DNA of 64,000 nucleotides from Macrostomum lignano. Taxonomy: Eukaryota. Below, one piece after another: positions 23,076 through 36,599 of the stretch (position 1 is its first letter; every line of letters begins with the position of its first letter). The stretch covers positions 62,001 through 126,000 of the forward strand of contig NIVC01000903.1 of NCBI GenBank assembly GCA_002269645.1. Reading direction: 5' to 3'. The notes below the pieces were generated by a model, which searched no databases, was not told the origin of the DNA, and saw nothing but the letters and a program-made list of their open reading frames with translations. The position numbers were made by a program, and so were the translations under genes.

Positions 23076-26000
23076 CGGTGGGTTGGAGGGCGCTGTAGTA
23101 GAGGGAGAACTCCGGTTGGCTGCAGCAGAAGTGCCGGAGCAGCAAACAAAGGATTGAGGATGGGGTGGTTCGTAATTAACAAGGTCCACTTAGCGACTGG
23201 TTTGAGGCAGGAAGACAGCCCAAATAGGGGAGGTCTCTTTTTTGTCGGCTCTGATTGCACTTACCCCTCCATCCCGCTCCGCTATGCGCACAATTATGTG
23301 ACTGGCACAATGGAGTGAGAACAGAAAAGGAGGCCTGAGCAGCGAAAGTGGAACAATTATAATCCCCGTTCCCTTCAGCAGCGCTGCAGTCTCCGGAGCA
23401 GCAGGGGATTGTGGATAATTAGGAACCGGGAAAGAGACAAAACTGTACTCGGGGTATGAAAAATATGAACATGGGAAAAGTGCAAGTTGAGACTGAGGCA
23501 TGCTCAAGCCTTGAAGTTGGGCAACAGTGATGACTGTACAATTGAGAAGACAAAGACATACTTTAATATGATCCTGCTTAGCACTACAAGCTATTAAAAT
23601 TGTGCAAATCTTTAGGCAGCTTTGATTTGATACAGTTGCATAGCAATTTTATTTTGCTTATTAGAGGAATTTACTGAAACAAACAAAACATATCAGGTTA
23701 TGTTAAGTCACGCGAATAATAAACTATCTAACTGTTCGAATTATTGCAGCAGTGGTATTTTTAACAAAAATTACTTGGTTTAAATTGCATTACACAAATT
23801 CTAATTTCTAAATCAACTCAAATAAATATATTTTTTAAGGCAACCAACTTATATTGTCATATAATACAGCTAAATTCCATGATAAAATTTTAACAAAAGA
23901 GCTGTAACCATATTGACATTAATTCATAATTTGCATATCATATCAGATTTGTATAGAAGAAAAATGGCAAAAAATGGAGAAAAATATAACCATCTGTATT
24001 TCACTCAACTAAGCAGCTTATTACTTCAAAAATTTCAATGAATTAATAAATTGACTTGTTGTTTCTGTCCTTATGAATGACGAAAATATAGATACTAAAA
24101 CAATTAGTTGATTATATGTTTAGTTATTCAATAATTCAAACATTCTAGGCATATCCAAGGGGCATTGAATATTTTTGAGAGGCTTGGGCACGAAAATTCA
24201 GGGGCCTGCCCGCCCTTGCCAGTGCAATATTTCTCTCAACAACAAACCGCCACCTCACCAAGAAATTCTGGGTGTGCCACTGTAGCTTGTAAATATTCTT
24301 ATGCTAAATGGAACAATAAAAAAACAATTAAAAATCAACTAAAAACAACCAGAGACAAGTAAATACTACATTCTTGCATACAACAATAAAACCTTTTCTT
24401 AAAGATTATATAGTAATTACACAGAAAAAGTTTCAGCTGACATAACCATTCACTATTTCACTTATAAAAAGCTATTCCACTTATTTTCAATAACAAAGAA
24501 ATGACTAAAATCCCATGGGCAAGGTTTATCATTATCACTATCATCATTATTAGCTTTTGATACTAAAATGATCTGAATATTATTGATACATACTCAAAGT
24601 GATTTATTTGACTGTGAAATACTGAAGATACACTAATGTCTTATAAATAAGTCTATCGTTTGACTTCATTCAGAAATTGAATATCAGCATTTAGTAGCTC
24701 AGGTTGCACTCATTGAACTTCAGTACAAAATTATGAATCGTTTCGAATATTTAACTGCTTTGCTAGGCACTAACTTCACTGAACTAAAATGTCTACAAAC
24801 AAAAGAGAACTAACACTAAGAAAACGTTACATATATAAGATAAAAAATGATTACAGCCCAGATTAAATTAAAGAACTCATAAGTAACAAGACTAAACATT
24901 GTTTCTAGACTAAATAATATACTTACAACTGCTTTGTTAACAGAAATACTTTACTAAAATATACTTAATGTTTTTTACTTAATAATAGCATAAATTTTAC
25001 GAAACACTTTGTTAAGCTATATTAAGATTTTGTAAATAAATATCGCGTAAGTTTAACTTTGACGAAAAAAGTAAAATTTATGTAATGTAATAGTAAATAA
25101 ATACCAAACGCTAAAATTTACAATTTTACATTACATCAAATTTGACATATCATAAACGTCGAGATTGAGTTGAGATGAAATGTTTTATGTATTTATGTGA
25201 TTGATTTTTCGTTGTTGTTAGTATTATTATATTTTTATTGATTTTTATTGAGTTTTTATTCTCTTTCGGAATTTAGATAGCCCTACTACTCCTATACTGC
25301 TTCATTTATAGTATGTTTTTACTGCTATAATGCATTTACTGTGGGTGGTGGTTAATACAGGAGTTGATCATATAATTCATCATTGTAAGATAATATACAT
25401 TGCCAACATAACAACTAAAAAGTAAAATGTTTAATTTAACAAATTTTAATTGGCCCTAATTTAAAAACATTATAAGAAGTTTGTGATAAAGTTTTTTATT
25501 AGGTACTAAACTTTCTATATGGCCTATTGGTTATTTTTATAAATATAGAAAACTTTTTATACAATAAATATTATTTGGGCCAAATATAGCTGGCTGGCCC
25601 TAAATATTAAAAAAACTACAATGAAATTTTCTTGCTAAGCAATTGTCAAATTAGGTCATATTTTAGATCTAACCAAGAAAATAAAATAATAGAACTTATT
25701 TAACTAATCCCAGGAGTATTAGTGTGACAATGTTTTGCTATAATATTTTTAGTTTCTATCTATTTTTAGTGTACTAAATTGATTTTTTGTATTTAATATG
25801 GGGTTAGGAGGAAAGCCTTTTTACGTTTAGTTCTAGGAAAAATTCTGTCTAATATTTTATTTACTGTTCTATTATTTTGGTTACCACTTTTTTGCAGTAG
25901 GTTTAGAGGTTTTAGTAGGTCAGATTTTGATGCAGTTTTGAGTGCGGGAGTTTCATGTTTTTGGTGTAGGCTCTTCCTCTCTCTCTTTGCGCTCATTGTG

Positions 26001-26410
26001 CCTCATTGCTGTGTTCCAGTGATACCAGTAACTAGACAAGGCTATTTCCCCTATAGCCATAGGCTATAGAGCAAACCCAAACCGAATTAAACATTAGATT
26101 ATATTTAATATACTGGAATTAGTAACTCAACTATTACCAAGACTGTGCCCTAATAACTTTAATATAAGTTATATTATTTGTCAAGTACTACAATCAAATA
26201 AATAACCTGGAGTAATTACTAAATTTAATAGTTAAATTAAGTTACAATTATTTTCTTTTCTTATTTGAACTGCACTGAGTGCTCCACTACATTAGATACA
26301 ATAACTTATTGTATAAATTTTTATCTAGATAGACGTAGCTAGCAAAAAATGTCTATAAATCCATTAAAGCAATTATCTCTATGGCTAGCTCTATTGTCTT
26401 GATCCCCAAT

Positions 26411-26766
26411 CAGTGGCGGCGCAGGGGGGGGGCAGAGAGGGCAGCTGCCCCTAAGTGACCACAGGTCATTGCCTCAAGCGAGATGACTGACCTACCATCC
26501 CCATGGCCCTCAAAAAGACCCTAAGAAGGGAGGGCAGATGGTCATCCCCTGTTATGCAACTTGCATCAATAATTAAAAATGCATTTTTATAAGAAATTTT
26601 GTGTTGTACATTAATTTTGTAAGAATTATGTTATAGTTTCTTTGTAATTTTTTACTTTCTTAGAAGGGGGGTGACCACCTAAGGGGAAAGGGGGTGACCA
26701 CCTAAGGGGAAGGGGGGTGACCACCTAACTACTGCCCCCCTAACCAGAGATACTGCGCTGCCACTG
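26411..26766. mobile_element. hAT-type MITE, 356 bp
   Basis: TIR CAGTGGC[G/A]GCGCAG at both ends; exact 8-bp TSD TCCCCAAT at 26403-26410 and 26767-26774; internal GGGGTGACCACCTAA x3. Confidence 0.85.
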
Positions 26767-28254
26767 TCCCCAATGTCCCCATTCCAGAATTTTATTGTCT
26801 AGCTAATAAAAATTGAAGTTTTATAACCCTATAACCTTATAAGCCCTTATTTCTATTTTATATAGGAATAGAGAGAAACAAGCATATATTTTTTCTAATT
26901 TAAGGGCCTCTAACCCAATATGTCTATCTTTCTCTTTACTTTGTAGTAGGAGTTATATGTTGAGTCTTACTTTTCATATAGCATGAAGGCAATTATTTTT
27001 TCATATTATCCTATCATTTTTTTGCTTTCCTCTACTCTCTTTTATATCCATACAAGCTACTTTTTATTATTATTCAAGTTGTAAAATATAACTTGTTGTA
27101 TAATAAGTTGTCTTGCATTTAGAATCAAATTCATACCAAATATTCAATTGATTTGATTTACCTTACATCTAGTACAAAACATGAAAACTTTATATATTTG
27201 CCAAACCATATAAAGCAATAGTTATGATTTTTATTTGTCAAACATTAATGAAAACAACTGATATAAGTTATATAGTAAAATGCAGTTTGTATATATTTGT
27301 ATAATGTTATAACCAATTTAATGTTATCTATATATTGATATATATACAATATCCAGCTAAGCTAGCCAATCCTATCAGCTAGCAAGGAGTCCAGCCAATG
27401 TAAGTTGCAAAAATGTCCACCCAAAAATATAGAAGACTAATTAGATTATAAGATATTTAGCTGTATTAATCAGTTATATAGTTACTTTGTCATTTACCCA
27501 AAATTACCTTACTTTTGCTTAGGTTTTTTCATAGTTAAGCTGCTTTGTTGATCAAAAAGTAAGTCACATGGCTGGTATAAATCAGGGAGGTTGTGTATCT
27601 ATATATCTATGTCATAAACAGTCTTTCTTATTTAGAATAGTAGGTAATATCATATTTTACATTTCAAACACAATTTTATAATTAAATTGAATATATTCCT
27701 CTCATTGTTATTATAAATCATTTTAGTTTGCTTACCCATTTATAAGAAATATATTAATATTATTTTTTAACCATACAGTATCCTTGTTGGTAAATTCTGT
27801 GTATCTTGTTTCATATTGTTTATAGTGCTATTGGAGCTTCCTGTTGCATGCAAGTTAAAATATTTGTTTGTTTACTTTAGGTGAACTGACCCAAAAGCTG
27901 TGTGCAGCTTTAGTAATTATCTGATGTCTCTCCTTTCAGCACTGGTGGTTATTAGTCATGAACAGGTGACCACCACCTGTCAATTAAGCTTAAAATAGAT
28001 TGAAAATGCAGACCAGTGCAACAGCTGTCACAGAGTTCCAACTGCCAGCAAGCTCAGCCAGCCTTTCTGTAAATGCTGTTACTGTGGATGAAGTGCAGTG
28101 AGTTTGCAGACAGATGCTGACTGCGATTGCTATGCTGTGTGAATCTCTAACCAACTTCTGTGTATCAGCTGTGTTAATAAACATTATTTTTTAACTGCAA
28201 TTCAAGCAGTTCACAAACTCATTCAATAACTTGTTTGCATTGTGGCTACTTACT

Positions 28255-28620
28255 AGGCATTCTGACTACTTAATATGCATTCTGAATACTCAATAAGCAT
28301 TCTGAATGCTCAATATGCATTCTGTATACTCAATATGCATTCTGTATACTCAACAAGCATTCTGTATACTCAATATGCATTCTGTATACTCAACAAGCAT
28401 TCTGTATACTCAATATGCATTCTGTATACTCAACAAGCATTTTGACTGCTCAACAAGCATTCTGACTGCTCAACAAGCATTCTGACTGCTCAACAAGCAT
28501 TCTGACTGCTCAACAAGCATTCTGACTGCTCAACAAGCATTCTGACTGCTCAACAAGCATTCTGACTGCTCAACAAGCATTCTGACTGCTCAACAAGCAT
28601 TTTGACTGCTCTATAAGCAT
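28255..28620. repeat. 20-bp minisatellite (CAACAAGCATTCTGACTGCT-like)
   Basis: Read directly. Confidence 0.95.
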
Positions 28621-28978
28621 TCTATTTTATCTGGTCATCTAAGGCCCGAATTCATCTGGTCTTAGATGAGGTTGTAGCGTCCGTATTGAAATTTTAAGTT
28701 GATAGTTTTAATATATGTTATATGTAAATTTTATCAAGATTATACTAAAAACACACGTGTTTTAATTAGCACACTGACAGCGCAGTCTCTCTCCGCGCAT
28801 GCACACCCCAATACACCGCCTGTGCATTAGTGGCGCGATTTTATTCAACTGATAAACAAAATTTTAACCAGAGTAAGTCCAATGCCTAAAAGGGCAGCAG
28901 AAAAAGCAAGCCTAAAACTGAAATTTGCTGCTAATTTCTTTTGCTTGCAGCGCCCCTAGTAGCAACAGTGCGACCGGC

Positions 28979-29188
28979 ATGGAGGCCACAGCCGCCTCTG
29001 TTGACTCTGGTCGGCACAGCAAGATCGGCACCCTACGCCGAGCCTTCTGTCTACTGGTTCTGTTCGACCTGATTTTCACCTGCATATTGTGGATATTCTA
29101 CACCAAGTATCTTGGCTTAGACTTGGGCAAAGCTATTCGCGACCAGGTGTTGCACTATCAGTTTACATCGTCAGTCTTTGATTTAGTG
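28979..29188 (+). CDS. STARD3: STARD3/MLN64-like, coding exon 1 (start of MENTAL domain)
   Basis: RRAFCLLVLFDLIFTCILWI...HYQFTSSVFDLV is the MENTAL motif. Donor GTG|GTAAGC; a probable 5'UTR intron lies at 28873-28950. Confidence 0.9.
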
Positions 29189-29368
29189 GTAAGCGCAACT
29201 ATTTACAGTGTGCTGCTTAATAATGAATATTGGACTGATAAGTTCAAGCTGTAGGCTCAGCAGTGTCAACCATTTCTTTCCATGCAGAATTGCCCATCTT
29301 TGCCTTCTTCGACTGTCTGTCTGTCTGTTTTAGAAAAAGAATTCCCACTGTCGATTCCTCATTGCAAC

Positions 29369-29551
29369 GCTTCAGTTCACCCAGCTGTAAAATTGAGGGT
29401 GTGTGTGGCGACCCCCCCCCCCCAGTCCTTGGACTGAACAGCCGTACGCAGCCTTTACGCTCGGTAGATGCGCCGCGCAATAGCTGCGGCTGAGCTGTCG
29501 GTTGCACATCGGGCCATTGGGACATGGGTAATCAGGTATTATTATTATCAT
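29369..29551 (+). mobile_element. 5'-truncated, internally deleted copy of the same SINE, in STARD3 intron 1
   Basis: Matches the 3' half of 21045-21355 and ends in ATTATTATT. Confidence 0.8.
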
Positions 29552-29729
29552 TGGCTAGTTTTGATCAATAATTATATTGACGAATCGTCAACACATCAAA
29601 AACAATATTCTTCAGACAAAAGTTCAGACATCTTTTTTTGGAAATGTCTGCTTTTTGCATTGCGTCCATCTAAGAGAATTGAAATTGTATAAAAATTGTG
29701 ATTTTACTTGTAAAATCTTAATGAGAAAG

Positions 29730-30912
29730 CAGACAGCCAATCAGAGTGAGGCTCGAGGCTGCATGCCAGGCTAGAAAACAGGCAGCCAATCAGTGTGAGG
29801 CTGCATGCCAGGCTAGAAAACAGGCAGCCAATCAGAGTGAAGCTGCATGCCAGACTATGCAACAGACAGCCAATCAGAGTGAGGCTGCATGCCAGGCCAG
29901 AAAACAGGCAGCCAGTCAGAGTGAGGCTGCATGCCAGGCTAAAAAACTAGCAGCCAATCAGAGTGAGACTGCATGCCAGGCCAGAAAACAGGCAGCCAGT
30001 CAGAGTGAGGCTGCATGCCAGGCTAGAAAACAGGCAGCCAATCAGAGTGAGACTGCATGCCAGGCCAAAAACAGGCAGCCAGTCAGAGTAAGGCTGCATG
30101 CCAGGCTAGAAAACAGGCAGCCAGTCAGAGTGAGGCTGCATGCTAGGCTAGAAAACAGGCAGCCCAGTCAGAGTGAGACTGCATGCCATGCCAGAAAACA
30201 TGCAGCCAGTCAGAGTAAGGCTGCATGCCAGGCTAAAAAACTAGCAGCCAATCAGAGTGAGACTGCATGCCAGGCCAGAAAACAGGCAGCCAGTCAGAGT
30301 GAGGCGGCATGCTAGGCTAGAAAACAGGCAGCCAGTCAGAGTGAGACTGCATGCCATGCCAGAAAACAGGCAGCCAGTCAGAGTGAGGCTGCATGCCAGG
30401 CTAAAAAACTAGCAGCCAATCAGAGTGAGACTGCGCCAGAAAACAGGCAGCCAGTCAGAGTGAGGCTGCATGCCAGGCTAAAAAACTAGCAGCCAATCAG
30501 AGTGAGACTGCATGCCAGGCCAGAAAACAGGCAGCCAGTCAGAGTGAGGCTGCATGCCAGGCTAGAAAACAGGCAGCCAGTCAGAGTGAGACTGCATGCC
30601 ATGCCAGAAAACAGGCAGCCAGTCAGAGTGAGGCTGCATGCCAGGCTAAAAAACTAGCAGCCAATCAGAGTGAGACTGCGCCAGAAAACAGGCAGCCAGT
30701 CAGAGTGAGGCTGCATGCCAGGCTAAAAAACTAGCAGCCAATCAGAGTGAGACTGCATGCCAGGCCAGAAAACAGGCAGCCAGTCAGAGTGAGGCGGCAT
30801 GCTAGGCTAGAAAACAGGCAGCCAGTCAGAGTGAGACTGCATGCCAAGCCAGAAAATTGGCAGCCAGTAAGAGTGAGGCTGCATGCCAGGCTAAAAAACT
30901 AGCAACCAATCG
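29730..30912. repeat. 42-bp minisatellite (AGGCAGCCAATCAGAGTGAGGCTGCATGCCAGGCTAGAAAAC) x~28
   Basis: Read directly; the same family recurs at 38455-38770. Confidence 0.95.
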
Positions 30913-31033
30913 GACTAATTACTTGTAGCCAGGCAATTTGTCGAGGGGGGCCTCAGCGGCCTTGACCTTCTCAGGCTGTCAGGCAGGGATCAAACAGCAC
31001 CGGTTTATTAATCTACAAAATTCCCATTTGCAG

Positions 31034-31111
31034 GGGGTGTCCCTCGTCAGATTCATCCTGTTAGAAGTTTTCTACGCCGCCCTTCGACTACAAAGTCCAT
31101 GGGTTGTTGCC
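31034..31111 (+). CDS. STARD3: STARD3-like exon 2
   Basis: TTTGCAG|GVSLVRFILLEVFYAALRLQSPWVVA|GTAAGT, phase 0. Confidence 0.85.
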
Positions 31112-31240
31112 GTAAGTTTCTTCATTTTCTTTATCGTTTATTTTGTTTCAAGCCCACTACTTACACTCACTCTGGTTAGTAGATTGTTTCGTATATTAAA
31201 TTATTTGACTTCATTTACCGTTCCAAAAAAACAATTTCAG

Positions 31241-31294
31241 GTCACAACCGCATTCTCCACGGCCTTTATAATCGTTAAGATCATACTTTACGAT
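31241..31294 (+). CDS. STARD3: STARD3-like exon 3
   Basis: TTTCAG|VTTAFSTAFIIVKIILYD|GTAGGT. Confidence 0.85.
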
Positions 31295-31384
31295 GTAGGT
31301 TTTCATGGTGCTTGAATGAATGTTTATATAAGAGTAAATAAAATTTAGCCTAAGCAGAATTGTGTAATTATCTCTCTGTTCCAG

Positions 31385-31637
31385 TACGATCACGGTCACA
31401 GCGTGTTTGACTATCTGTTGCCAATAATGAGTTTGGTTTTAGTTTGGATTGAAACCTTCCTGCTAGACTGCAAAGTTCTGCCGAAGGAGCGGGCTGATGA
31501 ACAGCTCAACGAACGAAGTCCTCTGCTTAGTGGCGGCCGCAGCTCTTCTGTCACGGCGGAATATGTCTATGGGGGAGGCCTGCGGCACTCGTTTGTGCCG
31601 TCTGAGGGCTTCGTTACGCCTGAGTCGTCGCCTAATA
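31385..31637 (+). CDS. STARD3: STARD3-like exon 4
   Basis: TTCCAG|YDHGHSVFDYLLPIMSLVLVWIETFLLDCKVLPKE...FVTPESSPN|GTGAGA; contains the MENTAL WIETxxLDxKVLP motif. Confidence 0.9.
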
Positions 31638-31754
31638 GTGAGATTTTGTTATGATTTGTTTCCTAGAGAACTCTGCTAAAACTCGTGTCTTTGGGCTGGG
31701 ATTTTCCCGCATGAATTTTAACTGAGTGCGCTGCGTAAGTGCGTGGGTTCATTA

Positions 31755-33118
31755 GCGCGCAATGTCATAAGCGCGCAGTGTCATAGGCGCGCAGTGTCAA
31801 AAGTGCGCAGTGTCATAGGCGCGCAGTGTCAAAAGTGCGCAGTGTCATAAGCGCGCAGTGTCATAGGTGCGCAGTGTCAAAAGTGCGCAGTGTCATAAGC
31901 GCGCAGTGGCATAAGCGCGCAGTGTCATAGGTGCGCAGTGTCAAAAGTGCGCAGTGTCATAAGCGCGCAGTGGCATAAGCGCGCAGTGTCATAAGCGCGC
32001 AGTGTCATAAGCGCGCAGTGTCATAAGTGCGCAGTGGCATAAGCGCGCAGTGTCATAAGCGCGCAGTGTCATAGGCGCGCAGTGTCAAAAGTGCGCAGTG
32101 TCATAGGCGCGCAGTGTCAAAAGTGCGCAGTGTCATAAGCGCGCAGTGTCATAGGTGCGCAGTGTCAAAAGTGCGCAGTGTCATAAGCGCGCAGTGGCAT
32201 AAGCGCGCAGTGTCATAAGCGCGCAGTGTCATAAGCGCGCAGTGGCATAAGCGCGCAGTGTCATAAGCGCGCAGTGGCATAAGCGCGCAGTGTCATAAGC
32301 GCGCAGTGTCATAAGTGCGCAGTGGCATAAGCGCGCAGTGTCATAAGCGCGCAGTGTCATAAGCGCGCAGTGGCATAAGCGCGCAGTGTCATAAGCGCGC
32401 AGTGTCATAAGTGCGCAGTGGCATAAGCGCGCAGTGTCATAAGCGCGCAGTGTCATAAGCGCGCAGTGTCATAAGCGCGCAGTGTCATAAGCGCGCAGTG
32501 TCATAAGCGCGCAGTGTCATAAGTGCGCAGTGTCATAAGCGCGCAGTGTCAAAAGTGCGCAGTGTCATAAGCGCGCAGTGTCATAAGCGCGCAGTGTCAT
32601 AAGCGCGCAGTGTCATAGGTGCGCAGTGTCATAAGTGCGCAGTGTCATAAGCGCGCAGTGTCATAGGTGCGCAGTGTCATAAGCGCGCAGTGGCATAAGC
32701 GCGCAGTGTCATAAGCGCGCAGTGTCATAAGCGCGCAGTGGCATAAGCGCGCAGTGTCATAAGCGCGCAGTGTCATAAGTGCGCAGTGGCATAAGCGCGC
32801 AGTGTCATAAGCTCGCAGTGACAAGCGCGCAGTGTCAAAAGTGCGCAGTGTCATAAGTGCACAGTGTCATAAGTGCACAGTGTCATAAGTGCGCAGTTTC
32901 ATAAGCGCGCAGTGTCATAGATGCGCAGTGTCAAAAGTGCGCAGTGTCATAAGCGCGCAGTGTCATAAGCGCGCAGTGTCATAAGTGCGCAGTGTCATAA
33001 GCGCGCAGTGTCATAGGTGCGCAGTGTCAAAAGTGCGCAGTGTCATAAGCGCGCAGTGTCATAAGCGCGCAGTGTCATACTCGTAGGTGCGCAGTGTCAT
33101 AAGCGCGCAGTGTCATAA
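31755..33118. repeat. 16-bp CpG-rich minisatellite (AGTGTCATAAGCGCGC)n, x~85
   Basis: Read directly. Confidence 0.97.
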
Positions 33119-33323
33119 AGTCTATTTTGTGGCTAAACCTGACTTCAGAGTTCAAAAGCAATTTTGCAGCTGAAATTTTCGCAGATTTTGTTGGGATCTA
33201 AGAAACTCAGTAGTCTACTAGGTGTTACATGTATCCTATATTAAATTTTAATATCGTTAAGTTCAAAGCCTCAGTTTTTATGATTTTACATTATTATAAA
33301 TGCTTACTCAAACTTTTATGCAG

Positions 33324-33397
33324 ACTCCGACAACGAGGACGATGGTGCGGCAGCCAACAGCCAGGTGGCAGCTTCCAGCCTGCTGTCAATCGAGGAA
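33324..33397 (+). CDS. STARD3: STARD3-like exon 5 (linker)
   Basis: TGCAG|..SDNEDDGAAANSQVAASSLLSIEE|GTGAGA; enters at phase 1 and exits at phase 0, consistent with its neighbours. Confidence 0.8.
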
Positions 33398-33754
33398 GTG
33401 AGAGTTGAAATTTTATTGCAAATCTTTTTACAAGCCTTACTACTGTATGCATTTAGTATCGATTCGCGTGATCGGGGGCTGTTATGAAATGACAGTGGCC
33501 TTCAGTATTACTAGGTATAGGCTCAGATGAGCCCATGGCTGGTGACCATGGTGAAAATTCATGACCCCATAACTAACTACTATCTATGACCGTAGACCAT
33601 GACCGATGACCCTATGATCAGTGACCCCTTCAGGGCCAATGATCTTTATCTTGAATAATCTCCATGATCGATGATGGCTTATGACCGAACACTTACACTC
33701 TGCAGCTTAGAGTGATTCTCTGTGGTTTGGAGTGATTCTTTGCAGCTTGGAGTG

Positions 33755-35935
33755 AGATGACCAATGATCCACATGACCAATGATCTACATGACCAATGAT
33801 CCACAAGACAAATAAATTATTCATATGACCAAAGATCTTTATGACCAATGATCTTTATGACCAATGATCTACATGACCAATGATTCACATGACCAATAAA
33901 TGATCTACATGACCAATGATCCACATGACCTATGATCCACATGACCAATAAATGATCCTCATGACCAATGATCCTCATAACCAATGATCCACATGACCTA
34001 TGATCCACATGACCAATAAATGATCCTCATGACCAATGATCCTCATGACCAATGATCCACATGACCAATAAATGATCCACATGACCAATGATCCTCATGA
34101 CCAATGATCTACATGACCAATGATCCACATGACCAATAAATGATTCACATGACCAATAAATAATTCACATGACCAATAAATGATTTACATGACCAATAAA
34201 TGATCCACATGACCAATGATCCTCATGACCAATGATCCACATGACCAATAAATGATCCACATGACCAATGATCCACATGACCAATAAATGATCCACATGA
34301 CCAATGATCCTTATGACCAATGATCTACATGACCAATGATCCACATGACCAATAAATAATTCACATGACCAATAAATGATTCGCATGACCAATGATCCAC
34401 ATGACCAATGATCTACATGACCAATGATCCACATGACCAATGATTCACATGACCAATAAATGATCCACATGACCAATGATCCTCATGACCAATGATCTAC
34501 ATGACCAATGATCCACATGACCAATAAATAATTCACATGACCAATAAATAATTCCCATGACCAATAAATGATTCACATGACCAATGATCTACATGACCAA
34601 TGATCCACATGACCAATGATCCACATGACCAATGATCCACGTGACCAATAAATGATTCACATGACCAATAAATAATTCACATGACCAATTATCTCGATGA
34701 TCAATGATCTACATGACCATTAAATGATCCACATGACCAATGATCCTCATGACCAATGATCAACATGACCAATGATCCACATGACCAATGATCTGCATGA
34801 CCAATGATCCACATGACCAATGATCTACATGACCAATGATCCACATGACCAATAAATGATTCACATGACCAATGATCTACATGACCAATGATCCACATGA
34901 CCAATAAATGATCTACATGACCAATGATTCACATGACCAATGATCCACATGACCAATAAATGATTCACATGACCAATGATCCACATGACCAATGATCTAC
35001 ATGACCAATGATCCACATGACCAATGATCCACATGACCAATAAATGATTCACATGACCAATGATCTACATGATCAATGATCCACATGACCAATAAATGAT
35101 TCACATGACCAATAAATGATTCACATGACCAATGGTCTACATGACCAATGATCTACATGACCAATGATCTACATGACCAATGATACACATGACCAATGAT
35201 CCACATGACCAATAAATGATTCACATGACCAATGATCTACATGACCAATGATCCACATGACCAATAAATGATTCACATGACCAATGATCTACATGACCAA
35301 TGATCTACATGACCAATGATCCACATGACCAATAAATGATTCACATGACCAATGATCTGCATGACCAATGTTCTACATGACCAATGATCCACATGACCAA
35401 TAAATGATTCACATGACCAATGATCTACATGACCAATGATCCACATGACCAATAAATGATTCACATGACCAATGATCTGCATGACCAATGATCTACATGA
35501 CCAATGATCTACATGACCAATGATCTACATGACCAATGATCTACATGACCAATGATCTACTTGACCAATGATCCACATGACCAATGATCTACGTGACCAA
35601 TGATCCACATGACCAATGATCCACATGACCAATAAATGATCCACATGACCAATGATCCACATGACCAATAAATGATTCACATGACCAATGATCTACATGA
35701 CTAATGATCCACATGACCAATAAATGATTCACATGACCAATGATCTGCATGACCAATGATCCACATGACCAATGATCCACATGACCCATAAATGATCTAC
35801 ATGACCAATGATTCCCATGACCAATGATCCACATGACCAATAAATGATTCACATGACCAATGATCCACATGACCAATGATCCACATGACCAATAAATGAT
35901 TCACATGACCAATGATCTACATGACCAATGACCCC
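33755..35935. repeat. 16/20-bp minisatellite (ATGACCAATGATCCAC / ATGACCAATAAATGATTCAC), ~2.2 kb
   Basis: Read directly; decayed units extend on both sides. Confidence 0.97.
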
Positions 35936-36043
35936 ATAGCCGATAACCATATGACCGATGGCCTTATGACCGATCACCCTCTGGCCAATTACGCCATGAC
36001 CGATAGCACCATGACCGATGACCGCAATTATCACCCGCTCCAG

Positions 36044-36571
36044 CGGCACCGCCTGGCTCTCCGCGCCTCCCGCCTGGCTGACGAGTCCTGGCAGGCCTTG
36101 GAGGATGCTGGCTGGCGCTGCGTCCACGACCGGCCGCCCGTCCGGGTCCTGTCGCAGCGCTCGCGCCACCGCCCGTCTGGCAAAGCCTGGCGCCTGGAGA
36201 CCCGGCTGCCGATCTCTGCCGATCGAGCTTTCCGCGAAATCTGGGACCGGGTGGACCGGCAGGCCGACTGGAATCCCACAGTGCAGTTCTCCCGGCTGCT
36301 GCTCCGGCTGGACTCCGACACGGCCATAGTGCACAATGCCACCGCCGAGGCTGGCGGGGGCCTCATCAAGGCGCGCGATTTTGTAACTCTGTGCGTCAGA
36401 CGGTCCAGAGAGAACGGCATTCGTTACACTGGCGGCGTCTCCATAGAGACCGGGCTGATGCCCAAGATGGACGGCTACACCCGGGGGGAGAATCATCCCG
36501 GCTGCATTGCCTGCATCCCGGATGGGCCCGGCGCCTGCCAGCTCGTGTGGATTGTTGACTCGGATATCAAG
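36044..36571 (+). CDS. STARD3: STARD3-like exon 6 (START domain)
   Basis: WNPTVQFSRLL...TAIVHNATAEAGGGLIKARDFVTLC...YTRGENHPGC...VWIVDSDIK is a START-domain signature. CTCCAG| acceptor, AAG|GTGCGC donor. Confidence 0.9.
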
Positions 36572-36599
36572 GTGCGCTGGTCTCTACAGAGTTGCTATG

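Noticed and set aside
23190-23507. 105-aa ORF as CCDC142 coding exon 1
   Set aside because: Joining the donor at 23264 to the acceptor at 23120 enters the wrong frame; it is more likely 5'UTR.
24145-24292. Second MITE ending ...GGGTGTGCCACTG
   Set aside because: The left end is only weakly complementary and there is no TSD.
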